Assembly (NCBI RefSeq): GCF_006345805.1
Contig: NC_043000.1
Span: 32,736,001-32,800,000, forward strand
Source of the DNA: Octopus sinensis
Lineage: Eukaryota
Direction: 5' to 3'
DNA: 64,000 nt
Of the stretch, positions 11,460 to 25,899 are shown piece by piece. Made by a program: the position numbers and the translations under genes. The notes beneath the pieces are model-generated. The model had not been told where the DNA came from. It was given only the letters and a program-made list of their open reading frames with translations, and searched no databases. Within the stretch, counting starts at the first letter, position 1, and every line of letters begins with the position of its first letter.

Positions 11460-12960
11460 CTAACCCTATGCTGTAATTCGATGAATAATTTTATAAAAAT
11501 TAAGAAACTAACATTTATTTTGCTTTATTTGAAAAAAAAAAACGTCACCACCACTTAAGAAATCAATAACTACTTTTGACCCAAATCACGCAAAATTCCA
11601 GTAGGGGTGCATAACACCTGCTAAAGTTGTTACCAACTTTTGTGTACTGACTCAAATGCAATACAGAAAGAATTTATCTGAATTTTCAGCCTTCTAGTTG
11701 AAGTTTCGGAGTTATGGGCTTTTTAAACTATAATCATTATGTGGATTCACACTTCAGTATTTCCTCAGCCTAAATCCTTGCAAACGCATGGAAGATGTGG
11801 AATAAAAGTGTATTTATACATTTTAAAAGATTATTGAATTGAAATTGCTCTGTGCAAAGGTTCAAAACTATACTATTTTAAGACAGAGGCCACTACAAGC
11901 ATTCGATAACTAACAAAATTAAAAACAATACATATTTTAAATTGTATAGGTTTAATTCCAATTTTGAATAACTGTATAAGAAAAAGGGTACTTAATGTTA
12001 AATTTTTTAACATAACAAAGAATTAATATGCTTTGTTAGATAAAATAAATCGAAGCTGAGGTTTCTCCTTGTTTTCAAAAACATCATAAAGATCTTGAAG
12101 GCACTTGATTGCCCATTCTGCACTCTGATTTGTTCTGGGAATTTCCAGTTTTGATGGTTCTCGACTCCAAAAGTTTTTTACTGAGTTCAGTGCTTTTTTA
12201 TAAACTTGCAGGCTGCCACATAACTTCTGATAATCATGTTCATTGAACATTTGGTCAGTAAACCAAAAATCTGCCCAGCTGTAAGAGATGAATCGACAAA
12301 CATTGAGAAGTAAAATTCTTTTCTGTGGTAGAAGAATAAATGCCAAAAGAGCTAGTATTGCTCGAGAATTCCATCTTGCATTACTTATGTTGGGTATTTT
12401 TTAAAACTTTACAGTAGGAAATTTTCCAGTTTCTTCAAAGAAACTAAAAATTCTGGTCAAATGAAATAGAAATTTCATGTCATCTCGCCATCCTTCTGAT
12501 TCAGTAATTTTTTCTTCGCCATTGTTGAAATTAGCCTGAAATTTCTCGTAATTACTTAGAAAGCTCTGGGATGGATGTATATTCAATATTGGAAGATGAC
12601 TTTTTTTTCTCCAAGTTCGTTATCCATTACAACACAAAGAACTTTATCAAGGATATGATGCTGACAACCAATAAATTTTGCGTTTCTTCAGAACCCTTTT
12701 GAGCAGACAGTCTTTGCAACTGAATGACAATGCCATTTCTTTTCCCAGTGTTCACACTCGTTGTATCAGCGACAATCATCTTTAAAACAGCTGTTATTCA
12801 TTTCACAACAGTATCGGATTTTCCGTTTGGTAATTGGAGAGCTTCTAACTTAACTTCTCCCTGTTCATTCTTTTAAACTAGCACTTGGTATTCTTGGTCA
12901 TCAATACCTTTACCAGCAAAATACAATGACTGTAATTATTGGGGCACTGAGATATATAAC
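11460..12960 (-). mobile_element. Decayed DDE DNA transposon (hAT-related)
   Basis: Minus strand reads SLYFAGK..EYQVLV*..KMIVADTTSVNTGKRNGIV..GCQHHILD (CxxH motif), plus ORF 12023-12346; contains stops and frameshifts. Family and ends are uncertain. Confidence 0.6.
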
Positions 12961-13390
12961 TGTTGTAGAGGAAATGGTACACCCCTCCTACGGGACAAGT
13001 GTACCAGCCACCATAAAGTGAGACAACGTCAACCAGTACGCGGAGTCGTGTGTCAGTCATTGTATGAGTTCTCAGTCGGTGTTAAGTGTCAGTTAAGTGT
13101 TATAGTCGAGTTTGAGTCACAGTCAAGGTAGACGGTTCAAATTCGGTGTCTTGCAGAGCTGTCAGCGAAAGCACGATAGACAAAGCGATATATTACCATT
13201 CCGGTATAGAAGAGATACACTGTGTCTGATACCAAGAAAATATCTTGGCTACTGGAGCAGATAGGACAGCTACAGTCACAACGGTGGGCACACCTTACAG
13301 ATGTGGAAAACACCACGTCATAACAGTAACACATGCCTAAATACCAATCTTGAGAAATTAGGCTTCTCAAAACCAGAATAGAGAAAGTTG
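12961..13390 (+). mobile_element. Possible LTR-retrotransposon remnant (LTR, PBS-like site, gag knuckle)
   Basis: Starts TGTTG; PBS-like cggtgtc near 13145; YRCGKHH near 13296-13316. Confidence 0.3.
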
Positions 13391-15221
13391 ATTCGAAAAC
13401 TACAAATCCAATCCATCACTGGAACTATAAAAATCTGTAATACTTTCCGGAAGTTTATCATTTAAATATATTTGAGTATGTCTAGATATGCAACTATAAT
13501 GCATGAGAATACATACATAAAGCAAAACATACAAATCTGCACACACACACATATACATACATACATACATACATACATACATACATACATACATACATAC
13601 ATACATACATACATACATACATACATACATACATACATACATACTATTGATGGTGTTGAAGTTCCAATGAAGGAACCTTGGGTCTAGGTTAGAAACTGGT
13701 TCTTTCTTTATTGGCAAGAAATCTTGAAATAAAAATGAATAATGACATACATATATATACATAAATATACATACATATGCATGCATATATACAAACGTAC
13801 ATATGCCAGAACAAAAGTGTGTGTAGAAGTGAGAGGGATTTGCGGACGAAGATATTAACTAATTAAAAATTTCTTGCATTCCTAAACAAAATAGACTTCT
13901 TCCGATCCTGTTCGTGTAAGAATCTACTAAACGCAGACAAAAAGCTGGTTGTAAGTAAATGTTAAAATATGTAACTGATCATAATTTACATCATCAATCC
14001 CTGTAAAATTTCACAAAACTGTTTGTGAGTTGTGGTTATAATAAAACATTACATCTACAACAGTGAAGACTAATAAAATTGATTACACGGTATCAATAAT
14101 AAATGTGTGCATAATGTATTATGGTACCGTACATACATATCTTTTTCGTTTACAAAGTCGATTTAATAATTTGAGTTGCAATTCTTACGTATTTTCTAGT
14201 TTATAAGGTCAATATATACAAATGTATATTACTGTGAAAAAACATAATATACGTGTTTTTGAATTGTTAACATTATTAACAAATATGATTTCACATTCAG
14301 ATTCAAGTATCGCACATTCTAAGACTGCCGATTTAGTTTTATCGAAACTAGATCAAGAGCTAATGTTTTACTAATAGTTAAGTGGGGAGCGAAGTAAAGG
14401 CATATGGATCGTGTCTGGATGTTAACAGACAGGAGCAAAAAAAAAAGAGAGAGTTTCACTTAAGTTTCGTTGCCTAAAATTCTAGTATTTATAATAGAGC
14501 AGACTAGCTAAGAAAATAGATACACCGTTCTAAAATTGGCTAAATTAATATAGGTCATTCATGATATATATTTCTTTACTACCCACAAGGGGCTAAACAC
14601 AGAGGGGACACACAAGGACAGACAAACGGATTAAGTCGATTACATCGACCCCAGTGCGTAACTGGTACTTAATTTATCGACCCCGAAAGGATGGAAGGCA
14701 AAGTCGACCTCGGCGGAATTTGAACTCAGAACGTAACGGCAGACGAAATATGGCTACGCATTTCGCCCGGCGTGCTAACGATTCTGCCAGCTCGCCACCC
14801 TCCATTCATGATTTATTTCAACTTTGCATGGTATAGAAAAGGTTAAGAGTCAAGTGGAAAATACATAGATCTGCGTTCCTCCTTGACAGAACAATAGGCC
14901 ATATGGCTAAGGAGAATCTACAGATTCAGTTTCGAATCTCAGGTAGGACCAAGCGAAGTCCTACACGTTCTTGTAAAATTTCCTATCTTCTTAATGAATG
15001 TATGATTACATCTGATTTAAAAAAAAAAATCTAACACCTTGTTTGCTTTTCTAAAATCTTTTTTTTTTTTTTTGTGGATAATATTTTGCCAGATGCGCCT
15101 ATGGTATTGTAAAGTTATTCCACTTTGCGGAAATAATCCACATTGTTTTTTACGGCATTTAAAGCCATAATCTTATAATTACTTTAATATTAATTCCAAA
15201 TTATCAAGATATTCTTCACCT

Positions 15222-15245
15222 GTTGCCCTGGTGACAGTGACGTCA
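15222..15245. promoter_or_regulatory. RFX X-box-like site next to a full CRE
   Basis: GTTGCCCTGGTGAC at 15222-15235, TGACGTCA at 15238-15245, GTGAGT donor at 15325-15330. Confidence 0.4.
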
Positions 15246-15399
15246 TCTCTGTATTTATTCCAGACAAAAGGAATCTTTATCACAAGTAATTTTTGTGATT
15301 CTTCAGTTAATTCGATTGGTAAATGTGAGTATTATAACGAAACTAACTAAAGAAATGTTTGCCTAATTAATAGGAAAGATATAATGATAATTAATTATA

Positions 15400-16350
15400 A
15401 AATTAGGAAGGCAACTAATTTACAACTCTGGACAACTAGTAACACCATAAAGTTCGAATGGTTTGAAACGATTATGGAGGAAATGAATTCTAGATTTACG
15501 TAGGTTAGAAATGTTGACTTTTACCTGGCAATAATCATTTCTTTATAAGAGATTAGAATACGTCCATTAATATTTTGCGTTGACGAAATTGTCATAGAGA
15601 TAATCTTACATGCTAAGAAAACTTTACTGTTTGATAAAGACTCTGTCAGCGTAAAGGCATTTTCACTTTGAGTACGGAGTCATATGATAGTGTAGATATC
15701 TGTGTTCTTTTCAGTCTACATATGCTACAAGTCCTAAAGGCTAAATTCGAAAGTCGTAATATTTGTATATACAGCGACGACGGTTTAGTAATGACTTCCC
15801 ATGCTAACGGCCATACTTTAGATAGATTTAGAAAGGAACTTGACAGCTGAGACTGAAAATCGCCATAAACTCCAACCTTAAGGTAGCTAATTTCTTAGAT
15901 ATTACGTTAATTTTGACATGAATACCCACAGATATTAAAAGAAAATCGTCTGAGAAACTAAAATCATTAATAAGAGCTCATGCCAACTGCCTAAAGTTTT
16001 TAAGAACGTAATTAAAAACGTAGTTAAGATCGTTAGTTGAACGAGCTCCATGTCTTCTAGTAAAGTTAATTTTGCCAAGGCAGTACCTATTACAAAAACG
16101 TCGCAGCAAATAGTACCTTCAGTGATAGGATTACTTATAAATCACACCCACCAACATAAAAATAGGTTCCAGAATACATCTGGTTCAACATCCCTTTCAG
16201 ATCTTTTCATTTTGAAGGCCAGATTTTCCTAGTTAACTAAACAATTTGAAACTTCGTATACTGGTAGAATGTGTCAAAAGAAAACATTATTGTAAACAAA
16301 ATTGAAAACAAAATTGTAATTCGTAACTTAAACGTAGTTTAATTTTAAGA
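15400..16350 (+). mobile_element. Decayed Penelope-like RT remnant
   Basis: Reads IILHAKKTLLFD..SYDSVDICVLFSLHMLQ..ICIYSDDGL, matching the SYDGAEVCELVGL..GLYRDDGL pattern of marine-invertebrate PLEs. Confidence 0.65.
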
Positions 16351-17289
16351 ATTTTAACCAATGAAATCGCAGCATTCGAGCTCAAATTATTTACCTCTTC
16401 TTCTGTCTTCTACATGTGCTAGAAATAACAGCTATATCTCTTAAATCGATTAATTTCGTCGCCCAATAAAAATATTAACGATATTTTTTGAATATTTTCT
16501 TTATTTTTTTTTACCGAAAAGGCTTCTCCCATGGTTTTGAAGGGCCAGAAACAACAAAAACAAAACAATAATATGCCTAAATAACATGAAAATGACTTAT
16601 AGTGGTAAACCTAATATGATTGATGTATTAGCAAATACAGTCCCAACGCTCACAGCGGAGATGTGTGCATTCAGGAATAAGGAATGGTAATCGTTAAAAC
16701 AGAGCTATAACAGGAAAAGAGTGAGATGGAAGTCAATGCCATTAATAGAAACGAGAAGATGGAAATCACAATTTAAGATGTTTCAAGATGGAAGAAGCAT
16801 TGTGTTGGTGGGAGAAAAGAAATGAATATATATTTCTTTACTACCCACAAGGTGCTAAACACAGAGGGGACAAACAAGGACAGACAAACGGATTAAGTCG
16901 ATTACATCGACCCCAGTGCATAACTGGTACTTAATTTATTGACCCCGAAAAGATGAAAGTCAAAGTCGACCTCGGCGGAATTTGAACTCAGAATGTAACG
17001 GCAGACGAAATACGGCTACGCACTTCGGCCGGCACGCTAACGATTCTGCCAGCTCGCCGCCCTCAAAAGAAATTAATATAACCAAGCATCACATTAAGTG
17101 TTGGTTGAGACGAATGAAATATGAACGATTGTAACAAGAAGGAACTGGCTGGACACTAACTAAAAGAAAAACTACACCGACAGATGACACTCATATCCTC
17201 TCCCTCTCTCCTCTTTCTTTCTCACTCTCCCCATCTCTCCTCTCTCTCCTTCTCTCATGCCTACAAAACTACACTAGTGTTTGAAAAAA

Positions 17290-17670
17290 AAAACTTTCTT
17301 TCAATTTTCCGTAGTACCGTATTAGCATGAAGGGGCATAGCTTAGTGGTTAGGGTACTTGGTTCATAGTCGTGGCTTAGTGGTTAGGGTGCTCGGTTCAC
17401 GGTCGTGGGTTCAATACTCAGCAGTGCATTGTGCCCTTGGGCAAGACACATTATTTCACGCTGCACCATCTCACTTGGCTGGCAAAAATGATTTGTAATT
17501 CAAAGGGGCCAGCCTTGTTACATTCTGTGTCACGTTAAATCTCCCTGAGAACTATGTTAAGGGTACACGTGTCTGTGGAGTACTCAGCCACTTGCATGTT
17601 AATTTCATAAACGAACTGTTCTGTTGATCGAAACAATTGGAACCCTTGCTGTCACAGCCAACAGGGTACC
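17290..17670 (+). mobile_element. tRNA-derived SINE with CORE/V-like central box
   Basis: Duplicated A-box (agcttagtggtt / ggcttagtggtt), B-box gggttcaatact, ccttgggcaagacac box; a reverse-strand relative lies at about 36100-36230. Confidence 0.6.
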
Positions 17671-18358
17671 AGTAACTCTTTTGGTCCACTGGGTCCAATT
17701 CAATCTTTTAAGAATAAAGACATTCTCATGAAACGAAGCTACAACTTCTTTCATCATTCTCTGCCTCCCTATTAATTTTATTTTCGTTAAATTAAAAACA
17801 TAAATGCTGTAATTCTATTCAATTAATGTAAACGAATACACAATTAGGTGTTCCTCATTACCGAATACTTTCTCCTCGCATTACACAATATTTTGAAATT
17901 CATTAAGGTAGCGAGAATCGTTAGCATGCCGGACAAACTGCCACTAAGCATTTTGTCTGTTTTCATGTTCTGAGGTCAAATTCCGTTGAGGTTGACTTTA
18001 CCTTTCATCTTTTCGGGGTCAATAAAATAAGTACCAGTCGAGTAGTGGGGTTGATGTAATCAACTTAGCCCCTCCCTTCAAATTGCTGGCCTTGTACCAA
18101 AATTTGAAACCAGTATTTTGAAATTCATAATTTGATGTGTCGTGATAAAAATGCCGACAGATGGGTTTCATTGAAAGTTTGTCAGTAAAATGGTTCTCTG
18201 ATGATTTGATAGGAATTATAACCAGTCCCAGAAACAAAAACATCTCTCAGAGAACTTGAACTCGAAATTTTGTCTTTGGCTCAACTGAGTCTGTGTGTAT
18301 CCTGGTACTGAATTCTTCATTGAAAGTCTGGTCTGATAAATCATTAAATTATGGGCAA

Positions 18359-18389
<31 letters not shown>

Positions 18390-18769
18390 CGGTGTGTGCG
18401 TGCGTGCGTGTGTGTGTGTGCATGCGTGTGTGTGTGTTTAAAAAACTCAAACAAAAAAAACAAAGACAACACCACAACCAAAGTGTCCATTTCTTGTTTC
18501 CTCAGAACTTAGTTACGAATTGAAGAAAGTCAACTTTTTCACAGGAAATCCTGTTTGTGATGAAAACATCTTCATCATTGCTAAGGAGCGATACAGTCAC
18601 AATTTAAATAAATTGTCACATTGTTATAATTTATTTAGTCAGACAAACTACTGGTTTCTAAGGACTTGGATTGAAATTGGGTTCTTGCTAGGGAAAAGTT
18701 TGCAAACAATCATGTTATGCAACTTTTGTCAGTTCATCTTGTTTATAAAATACTTTATATTGTCTGTCT

Positions 18770-19145
18770 GTCTGTATATCTTCATATTTATCTACCTACT
18801 TATATATCTGTCTGTCTGCCTGCCTTTCTGCCTGTTTGCCTGTCTGTCTATCTGTCTGTCTATCTGTCTGTCTATCTGCTTGTCTATGTATGTATGTACG
18901 TATGTATGTATGTATGTATGTATGTATGTATGTATGTATGTATGTATGTATGTATGTGCATGTGTGTATGTATGTATGTATGTATAAATGTATGTATGTA
19001 TTTATGTATGTAAGAATGGATGTATGTATGTATTTATGTATGTATGTATTTATGTATGTATGTATGTATGTATGTATGTATGTATGTATGTATGTATGTA
19101 TGTATGTATGTATGTATTATTTATGTATGTAAGTATGGATGTATG

Positions 19146-19178
<33 letters not shown>

Positions 19179-19260
19179 TTTTATGTATGTATGTATGTAT
19201 GTATGTATGTATCTATCTATCTATCGCTCGATCTATGTATTTGTCTGTCTGTCTGTTTGT
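18770..19260. repeat. Compound (TCTG)/(TATG)n microsatellite
   Basis: Directly visible. Similar (CATA)n, (TA)n, (CA)n, (GA)n and (GATA)n tracts at about 3200-3720, 6300-6420, 9260-9415, 13546-13640, 34066-34130 and 58815-59050. Confidence 0.95.
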
Positions 19261-19261
19261 C

Positions 19262-20607
19262 TGTCTATCTACCTTCCTACCTTTGTAGGAAAGATGTAGG
19301 CAAGAACTCCATACGGTGTTCCCAGTGCAGGCTATGGGCACACAAGAGGTGCAGTGGGTTAACTGGAAGGTTATCAGAAAAGATAGTTTTTGTATGTGGA
19401 AGATGCACAGGATCCATAAAAAAATTTAGAAACTCGAGAAACTGATTCTCTCAAATGCCCTGGTGGCTTATTAAAGGTGGCAGGTAATTTCTGCTATCCA
19501 GGAGACCGAATTAGTAGTGGGGGAAGATGCATGGAGAGTGTGGTAGCTAGAATAAGAAAAGGATGGAGGAAATTCAGAGAGCTGGTAACTCTGTTGGCCA
19601 CTAAAGGTTTTTCTCTTTGAGTGAAAAGAAGATTGTATGATGCACATATACGGACAGCAATTCTACATGGTAGTGAGACATGGATCCTGAATGCGAAAGT
19701 TAAAAAGGAATGAATCTAGCGTGCTCTGCTGGATGTGTAATGTAAGTGTACATGTTCGAGCTGGCAGAAACGTTAGCACACCGGGCGAAATGCGTAGCCA
19801 TATTTTGTCTGCCGTTACGTTCTGGGTTCAAATTCCGCCGAGGTCGATTTTGCCTTTCATACATACATAAATACATACATACATCCATACTTACATACAT
19901 AAATACATACATACATATATACATACATACATACATACACACATACATACACACACACATACATTAAGTACCAGTTACGCACTGGGGTTGATGTAATCGA
20001 CTTAATCCGTTTGTCTGTCCTTGTTTGTCCTCTCTGTGTTTAGCCCCTTGTGGGTAGTAAAGAAATATGTACATGTTCGAGAGTGTGCTGGTGTTTTGAG
20101 AGAGAAGATTGGCATAAGAGGAATTGGTTGCTGTGTTTGGTTATGTGGTGTGGATTGATGCAGACAGCTCCATAAAGAAGTGCTGATCTCTCAAAGTGGA
20201 TGGAACACATGGAAGTGGGAGACCCAGGAAGACATGGGATGAAGTACTGAAGAGCAACCTCAGGAAGCTGAATCTTTCAGGCAAGATGACAAAGAACTGA
20301 GATGCCTGGCACCTGGCTGTTCCCTGAGAAGAACTGAACCCTGCAGCAGAAGTGTTAAGACCAATCCTGCCACTGATGTAAAGCACTTGTGGTGGTTCCA
20401 CGTAAAAGTGCCCATGTGGCACCACATAAAAGCACTCAGTACATTGTGAAAAGTGGTTGGTATTAGGAAGGGCATCCAGCCATAGAAAGCATGCCAAATC
20501 AGACTGGAGTCTGGTTCAGCTCCCCAGCTTGTCAGCTCTGGTCAAACCATCCAACCCATACCAGCATGGACAACAGACGTTAAATGATGATGATGATGAT
20601 GATGATA
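19262..20607 (+). mobile_element. 5'-truncated RTE-clade LINE with nested SINE A and (GAT)n tail
   Basis: CRKDVGKNSIRCSQCRLWAHKRC..VCGRC; LHGSETW; GRPRKTWDEV; tail gatgatgat at 20585-20607; the SINE at 19755-20066 has TSD tgtacatgttcgag. Confidence 0.85.
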
Positions 20608-21167
20608 TTAACCAAATAACTTGGAATTATTTTGTTGATATCCATTAAGTCTGAAAGTGTTGTTTCTGGTGTTGTTTAACTTCATGCCACAGCTGCTCCT
20701 GCAGGCTTACAATGCTTAAGGAACTCCAGCAAGGCCACAAAGCCATGCTCACATATAGATTATATCACACTACATTATCCAATGGGTTGTCTCCTTATTT
20801 AAAATGGTAGGGTGTGATTTGGCTGCTACTTCTAGCAAGTTGAACGTTCATGTAGGGTCCCCCAGATATTGCCATTTTCAAGGAAATGTTCTACAGAAGC
20901 TTCTGGGTCTTTATAAAGTCTAACCATTCAAATGTAAGGGGATTCTGCATTGAGACCAATGAAAAACTCATAATATGGACTCTAAGAATAGAATGGAGTT
21001 TCCATACAGATGGTGCATGATTCCAGAAAATATTTTAAGTTCCACTATAAATTCTTCAAAGCAGTATCACAAAGACAGGATTTCTTCATTTTCAAGGAAT
21101 TTAGCCCTAATATTTTTCTGTTTCATAAACAGAATCAAAGCACTGGTACAACAACAACCACATTGTA

Positions 21168-22406
21168 CAGGGTGCGTAAGATATTTGAGGACAGATTTAT
21201 GTTTATGAAAAAAAACCCAGCTATATAATAACAGATGATAACTTTATTTATCAAAAAATACTATGAGGATAAAAATAAGCCTTCTTTTCTATAATGTTAC
21301 TCAATAAAGCCACCTTCAGCTTCAACAACTGCTTCTATATGAGATCTAAATCATCTACATGCTTGAATCAAGTGGTCCTGGTTCATTTTGGACATTACTC
21401 TGACTATGGCAGCTTTCAAAGAACCTGTGGTGTTATGGGCATGTTCATTGACCTCTCTCTCAACAACACTCCACATATACTAGTTCAATGGATTGAGATC
21501 TGGGGAATTACAAGGCCAAATGTTAGGGTTATGTGATCATGAAAATGTTCAGCCATCCATTCGTGTGTTACTAGAGCCATGTGTGATAGTGCAGAGTCTT
21601 ACTGAAACATATATGGCCTTCCATTGCATACAGTGTCTATCCAGGGCTTAACAATTATTTCCAGAACCCCAATGTAGGTGGCAGAATTAACTCTAAGGCC
21701 TTGTGGAAAGAAATAAGGAGGCATCACATGTCCTTCATTGCTGACAACCCCTAAAACTATGACAATTTCAGGAAATGTTGTATGCATAACACTTGGAACT
21801 TCAGAAGGGTCTGCACATAGCTGTCTGTCATTTCTTCTGTTAACTTTTTGATCTTGGTTGAAGTTTTTCCCATTTGAGAAAAAACCAAATCAAATCTTCT
21901 TCTACTGGATTTTTCCAGATTTCTTTAAGAGCTTTTTAAATGTGATGTAGTGATTTTCTTTTGCTTTTTCTGATAAATTGACCTTTCCTTATCATATAAG
22001 ACTTATATCTGATGTCTTTGTGGACATTTCTGACTGTTCCTTCGGACACATGGAGATCTTTTGCAATTGACCTCATGGACTCTCTGGGATTGTAATCAAA
22101 GGGCTGTTGAACTTGTTGGATAAATTCAGGTGTTCTGATGATTTCAGAGCATTTAGAATGCATTTTATCGCTGTGATACATTTCCATCTTCAGTCTCTAG
22201 CTCCTTACAAACTTTGAAGACGAAAGATCTGGCAACTTTTAATAACTGAGATATTTTTAACCACAATAATAGCATGCCTCTTCATTTCTTGAGTAAGATG
22301 AGGGTCTGCCATTTTTATTTTCTGAAACAAAGATTATACAAAGTTAGCAAAAAAATGCAGCAATGACCCAAAAAAGGTATGTCCTCAAACACCCCTACTC
22401 ACCCTG
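21168..22406 (-). mobile_element. Tc1/mariner element, maT (DD37D)-like, decayed transposase
   Basis: TA-CAGGGTG...CACCCTG-TA (TA at 21166-67 and 22407-08); imperfect TIRs; ORF pieces 21936-22187 (HTH region) and 21599-21787 (GVVSNEGHVMPPYFFPQGLRVN..VKPWI..RPYMFQ). Confidence 0.9.
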
Positions 22407-22513
22407 TAGAGACCATTTCAAGATGGCAGCAATAACCATGATAGACATATCCACATTTTACCAAACATTGAAATGTCAATGTATTCTTATTTTATTCATT
22501 TTAACCCCTTTAG

Positions 22514-22699
22514 GGAAGACAATGCCTGTGATCTTCTATTGTGGGCCCTTGGAAACTAATGGCAGGAACAGCAAAAGTTATCTTCAAATTGAAGAGCTGT
22601 TCCAAATGTTGGAAGACCAACTTTTGACAAGAGTTTCCAGAGCACCTCGAGATTCACGATATCCAAGGCCTTGGTCAGATCGACAAAGACTGTGTACAG
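22514..22699 (+). CDS. Candidate internal coding exon (phase 1-1, 62 codons), unknown product
   Basis: ttttattcattttaacccctttAG acceptor and CAG|GTCAGT donor; only one frame is open (GKTMPVIFYCGPLE..IEELFQMLEDQLL..). Confidence 0.45.
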
Positions 22700-25600
22700 G
22701 TCAGTATTCTGTTCACATGCTTTTTTCTTAAAATTCTGGTGCCTGGTGGTGATGTTTTAAGCCATCCAACAGAATAAATATATTGAGGATATAAAAGCAA
22801 CCACATAGGAAAATTCTCCCTTCAGCCCATCTTATTGAAGCTGATTTTCCTGCTGGCTTGATCATGTTTGATCTTAATTAGTATTGGTACTAATATTTAT
22901 TGTTATTTATCTCAGAATTCCTCACTATTCAATCACAAACGTACTGAGGTACATTTCCTTTGGAAATCTTCAGAAGCCCTCACAAGAAGTACGATTAAAG
23001 AGTACCTACATTAGAGAGTACTACTGAATCAATCTGGCTTTTCTTGCATGGGCGGAAATGAATGTTTTTTTTTCCGATCTGGTTCATTCTTTTCTCACCT
23101 CTGTCCCAATAGTTACACCATACTGGCTACCATATCACCTCACAATTCTATCATTACCCTAATCAAACCTGCAGTAATTAACTATTTAAGTCTTAACAAT
23201 TAATGTCTTGGAAACATCTATCAGTTTATTGCACTCATGCTGCATCTTATCTGGGATCAAAACCATTTTTGTATCCAACTTTGGGAAGTTATAAATGTCA
23301 GTGACACTGCATGATACGAGGGATAGGTGTTATCCATGGAATAGTTCTGCGGGAATTTGTCCTCTTCATTGGATAAAGGCATCACAGAACCAATTATCTG
23401 GTTGCTATAAGAAATGAATGAAGTTAAACCAAATCAAGTTTTGCTTATCATGAAATACAAAGAGGAATTCAGAATTCTTGACACTTCCACGATATCATCA
23501 TCATCATTTAGCGTCCGCTTTCCATGCTAGCATGGGTTGGACGGTTCAACTGGGGTCTGTGAAGCTGGAAGGCTTCGTCAGGCCCAGTTAGATCTGGCAG
23601 TGTTTCTACGGCTGGATGCCCTTCCTAACGCCAACCACTCCGTGAGTATCGTGGGTGCTTTTTACGTGCCACCTGCACAGGTGCCAGACAAGTCAAGAGT
23701 GAAGACATTTTTATAGCAAAATGGCGACATTTATTCCATTTGTCTAGAATTTTATATTACATGGTATACCATTCTTGAGTGAAAGGAGTCTAAAAGGAGT
23801 ATAGTGGTTTAAGCAACCATGCTTCTCTTATGTTATATATTATAGTGAATATTTTCTCGTTAGTTTTGTTTACAGTTAATGCAATGCTACTTATGTTTCC
23901 TATTTGGAAATAGACAAAATTATTTAGCTTTTAAAGTAAGGATATATATAATGATAAAACCATCACTTATAACTTACTTAAGTGTTATCATTATACGCAG
24001 GTCCTAACTACAGCTATATAAACGCCATAGCGAAATATACTTTCTGGAATGCTAACGAACATTAGCGGGCATGTATGTTAAATATATTTTTGTGTTCTTT
24101 TAACCGCTATAAAAAAATACAGTTTAATAATTACAGAAATATATTTTATATATAGTTGACGAACGTGAAGAAAGCGAAAACATTTTCTACATTAATTTTT
24201 ATTATATACATATAGCATTTTTATATAATATACATTTTGAAGAAAGTAAATTTTGTCGTAGAGATTTACGACTATATATTTTAACTATCTAATTTCTCAT
24301 TCTCGCTGATATTAAATCTCAACAATTCAAACAAGACTTGTTGGATTTTCCTTGGACATGGCATGAAAAATCACCAATGTCTCAAAGGAGTGAGTGTCGT
24401 GGAGTTTAGTTACATCCAACAATCACTGAAGTTTTTCCCCAAATCCAAGGTTTTTATAACTGTTCAACTTGACTTTAAAGAATCGAAATCACATACAAAT
24501 ATTCTTTAACTAGTTCTTAGAATTCCTATATGAGCAGTTATATTAACTAATGGAAAAAGAACAATTATATTTCTTCGGCAATATGACATTACATTATATT
24601 GCCAGCTACCACAAATTGGCGCACTTATTTAAAAATTGCTACTTGCTACAGGAGGAATTACATGTTGGTTTACAGAACAATAAATTCTCATCCTGGAACC
24701 CCACCTCCCTGACTCACTTTTCATATTTAAGATCCCCATACATTAGCTAATGACATATAGAAAATAATACAGAGTATAAGAGCAAATGTGTATGCATGTG
24801 TGTGTGTGTACATATGTGTGCGCGTGTGCGTGAATATAATACCATAAAAGAAAAATTTAATAATAGGTGAAACTAGTCTAGTAACCTCAGAGGTGCTCAT
24901 GGGGTGGTTATCTCCCCTGTCAGTGTATAGATATTGTGTGCTTCTTACAGCCTTAAGAGTTTTTAACTCTTATTTCATGCAACATAGCTGCTTCGGCATT
25001 CACAGTCACAATTAGTGATGATTAAGTTTGCCCTTTATCATATTTTATTGCACCAAACTGTTTATATTAATTTATATATATATATATATAAAAATGTTTG
25101 CTTCCATGTCAAGTTACATATAAAAATAATTTCACACTAAATTGAAGTATGTGTGTGTGTGTGTGTGAGTGTTTGTGTGTCTGTCCTTGCTTCCATTGCT
25201 TGACAGCCGATAGTGATGTGTCTATGTCCCCATAACTTAGTGGTTCGGCAAAAGAGACCGATAGAATAAGTACTAGGCTTACAAAGAATAAGCCCAGGGG
25301 TCGATTTGTTTAACTAAAGGCGGTGCTCCAGCATGGCTGCAGTCAAATGACTGAAGGAAATAAAAGAATAAAAGAATATTATTCAATGTTTTTCAGTATG
25401 TTTATTTACTTTATACGGAAAAGGTTGACAGTAACTTCGAAGTTTTGTCTTACTTGCCTTTGTCAGATTTTCTGCACATCTATATACATAAATGTGTGTG
25501 TGTTAGGGGTTACTCTAACTCCTCCCACACCATCCAACCAATTTTAATGATTTTCGGCACATATGTAGATCACATGCCCTGAAGTTCAAATAAGGCTGAA

Positions 25601-25899
25601 ATTTTCCGAAAACTCAATAATGCTCAGTTGGCATTGATTTTTGTGAGCTCAATTGGGTGTCTGAATGGAAATTCCCATAACGATGTTATTTTTCCTGCAG
25701 CTTTTGCATTGTTTCACATGTAAAATTTCAACAAAATCAGTAGAATAGTCTCTGAGGAAATGCTTATTCAGTACAAAGTCAGAAGTGGGCTTAACATCAA
25801 CATGGAGAACACGAGCAACGCTGGGTCCAACAGCTAGTATACACATAAATGCGTATGTGTGTATGTATTTATGCAGACTGAAATATGTGTGTGGAGAGA

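Noticed and set aside
14895-14951. tRNA-like remnant (..TTCGAATCTCAGGTAGGACCA)
   Set aside because: No acceptor-stem partner or anticodon arm; too decayed to call.
22525-22552. VIFYCGP as an NADPH-oxidase C-terminal motif
   Set aside because: The following sequence lacks the expected F.KENF-type ending, and no other NOX exons are present.
24300-24480. In-frame TGA in a protein-like minus frame as selenocysteine or an editing-rescued stop
   Set aside because: No SECIS or selenoprotein motif is recognisable, and exon status is itself unsupported.
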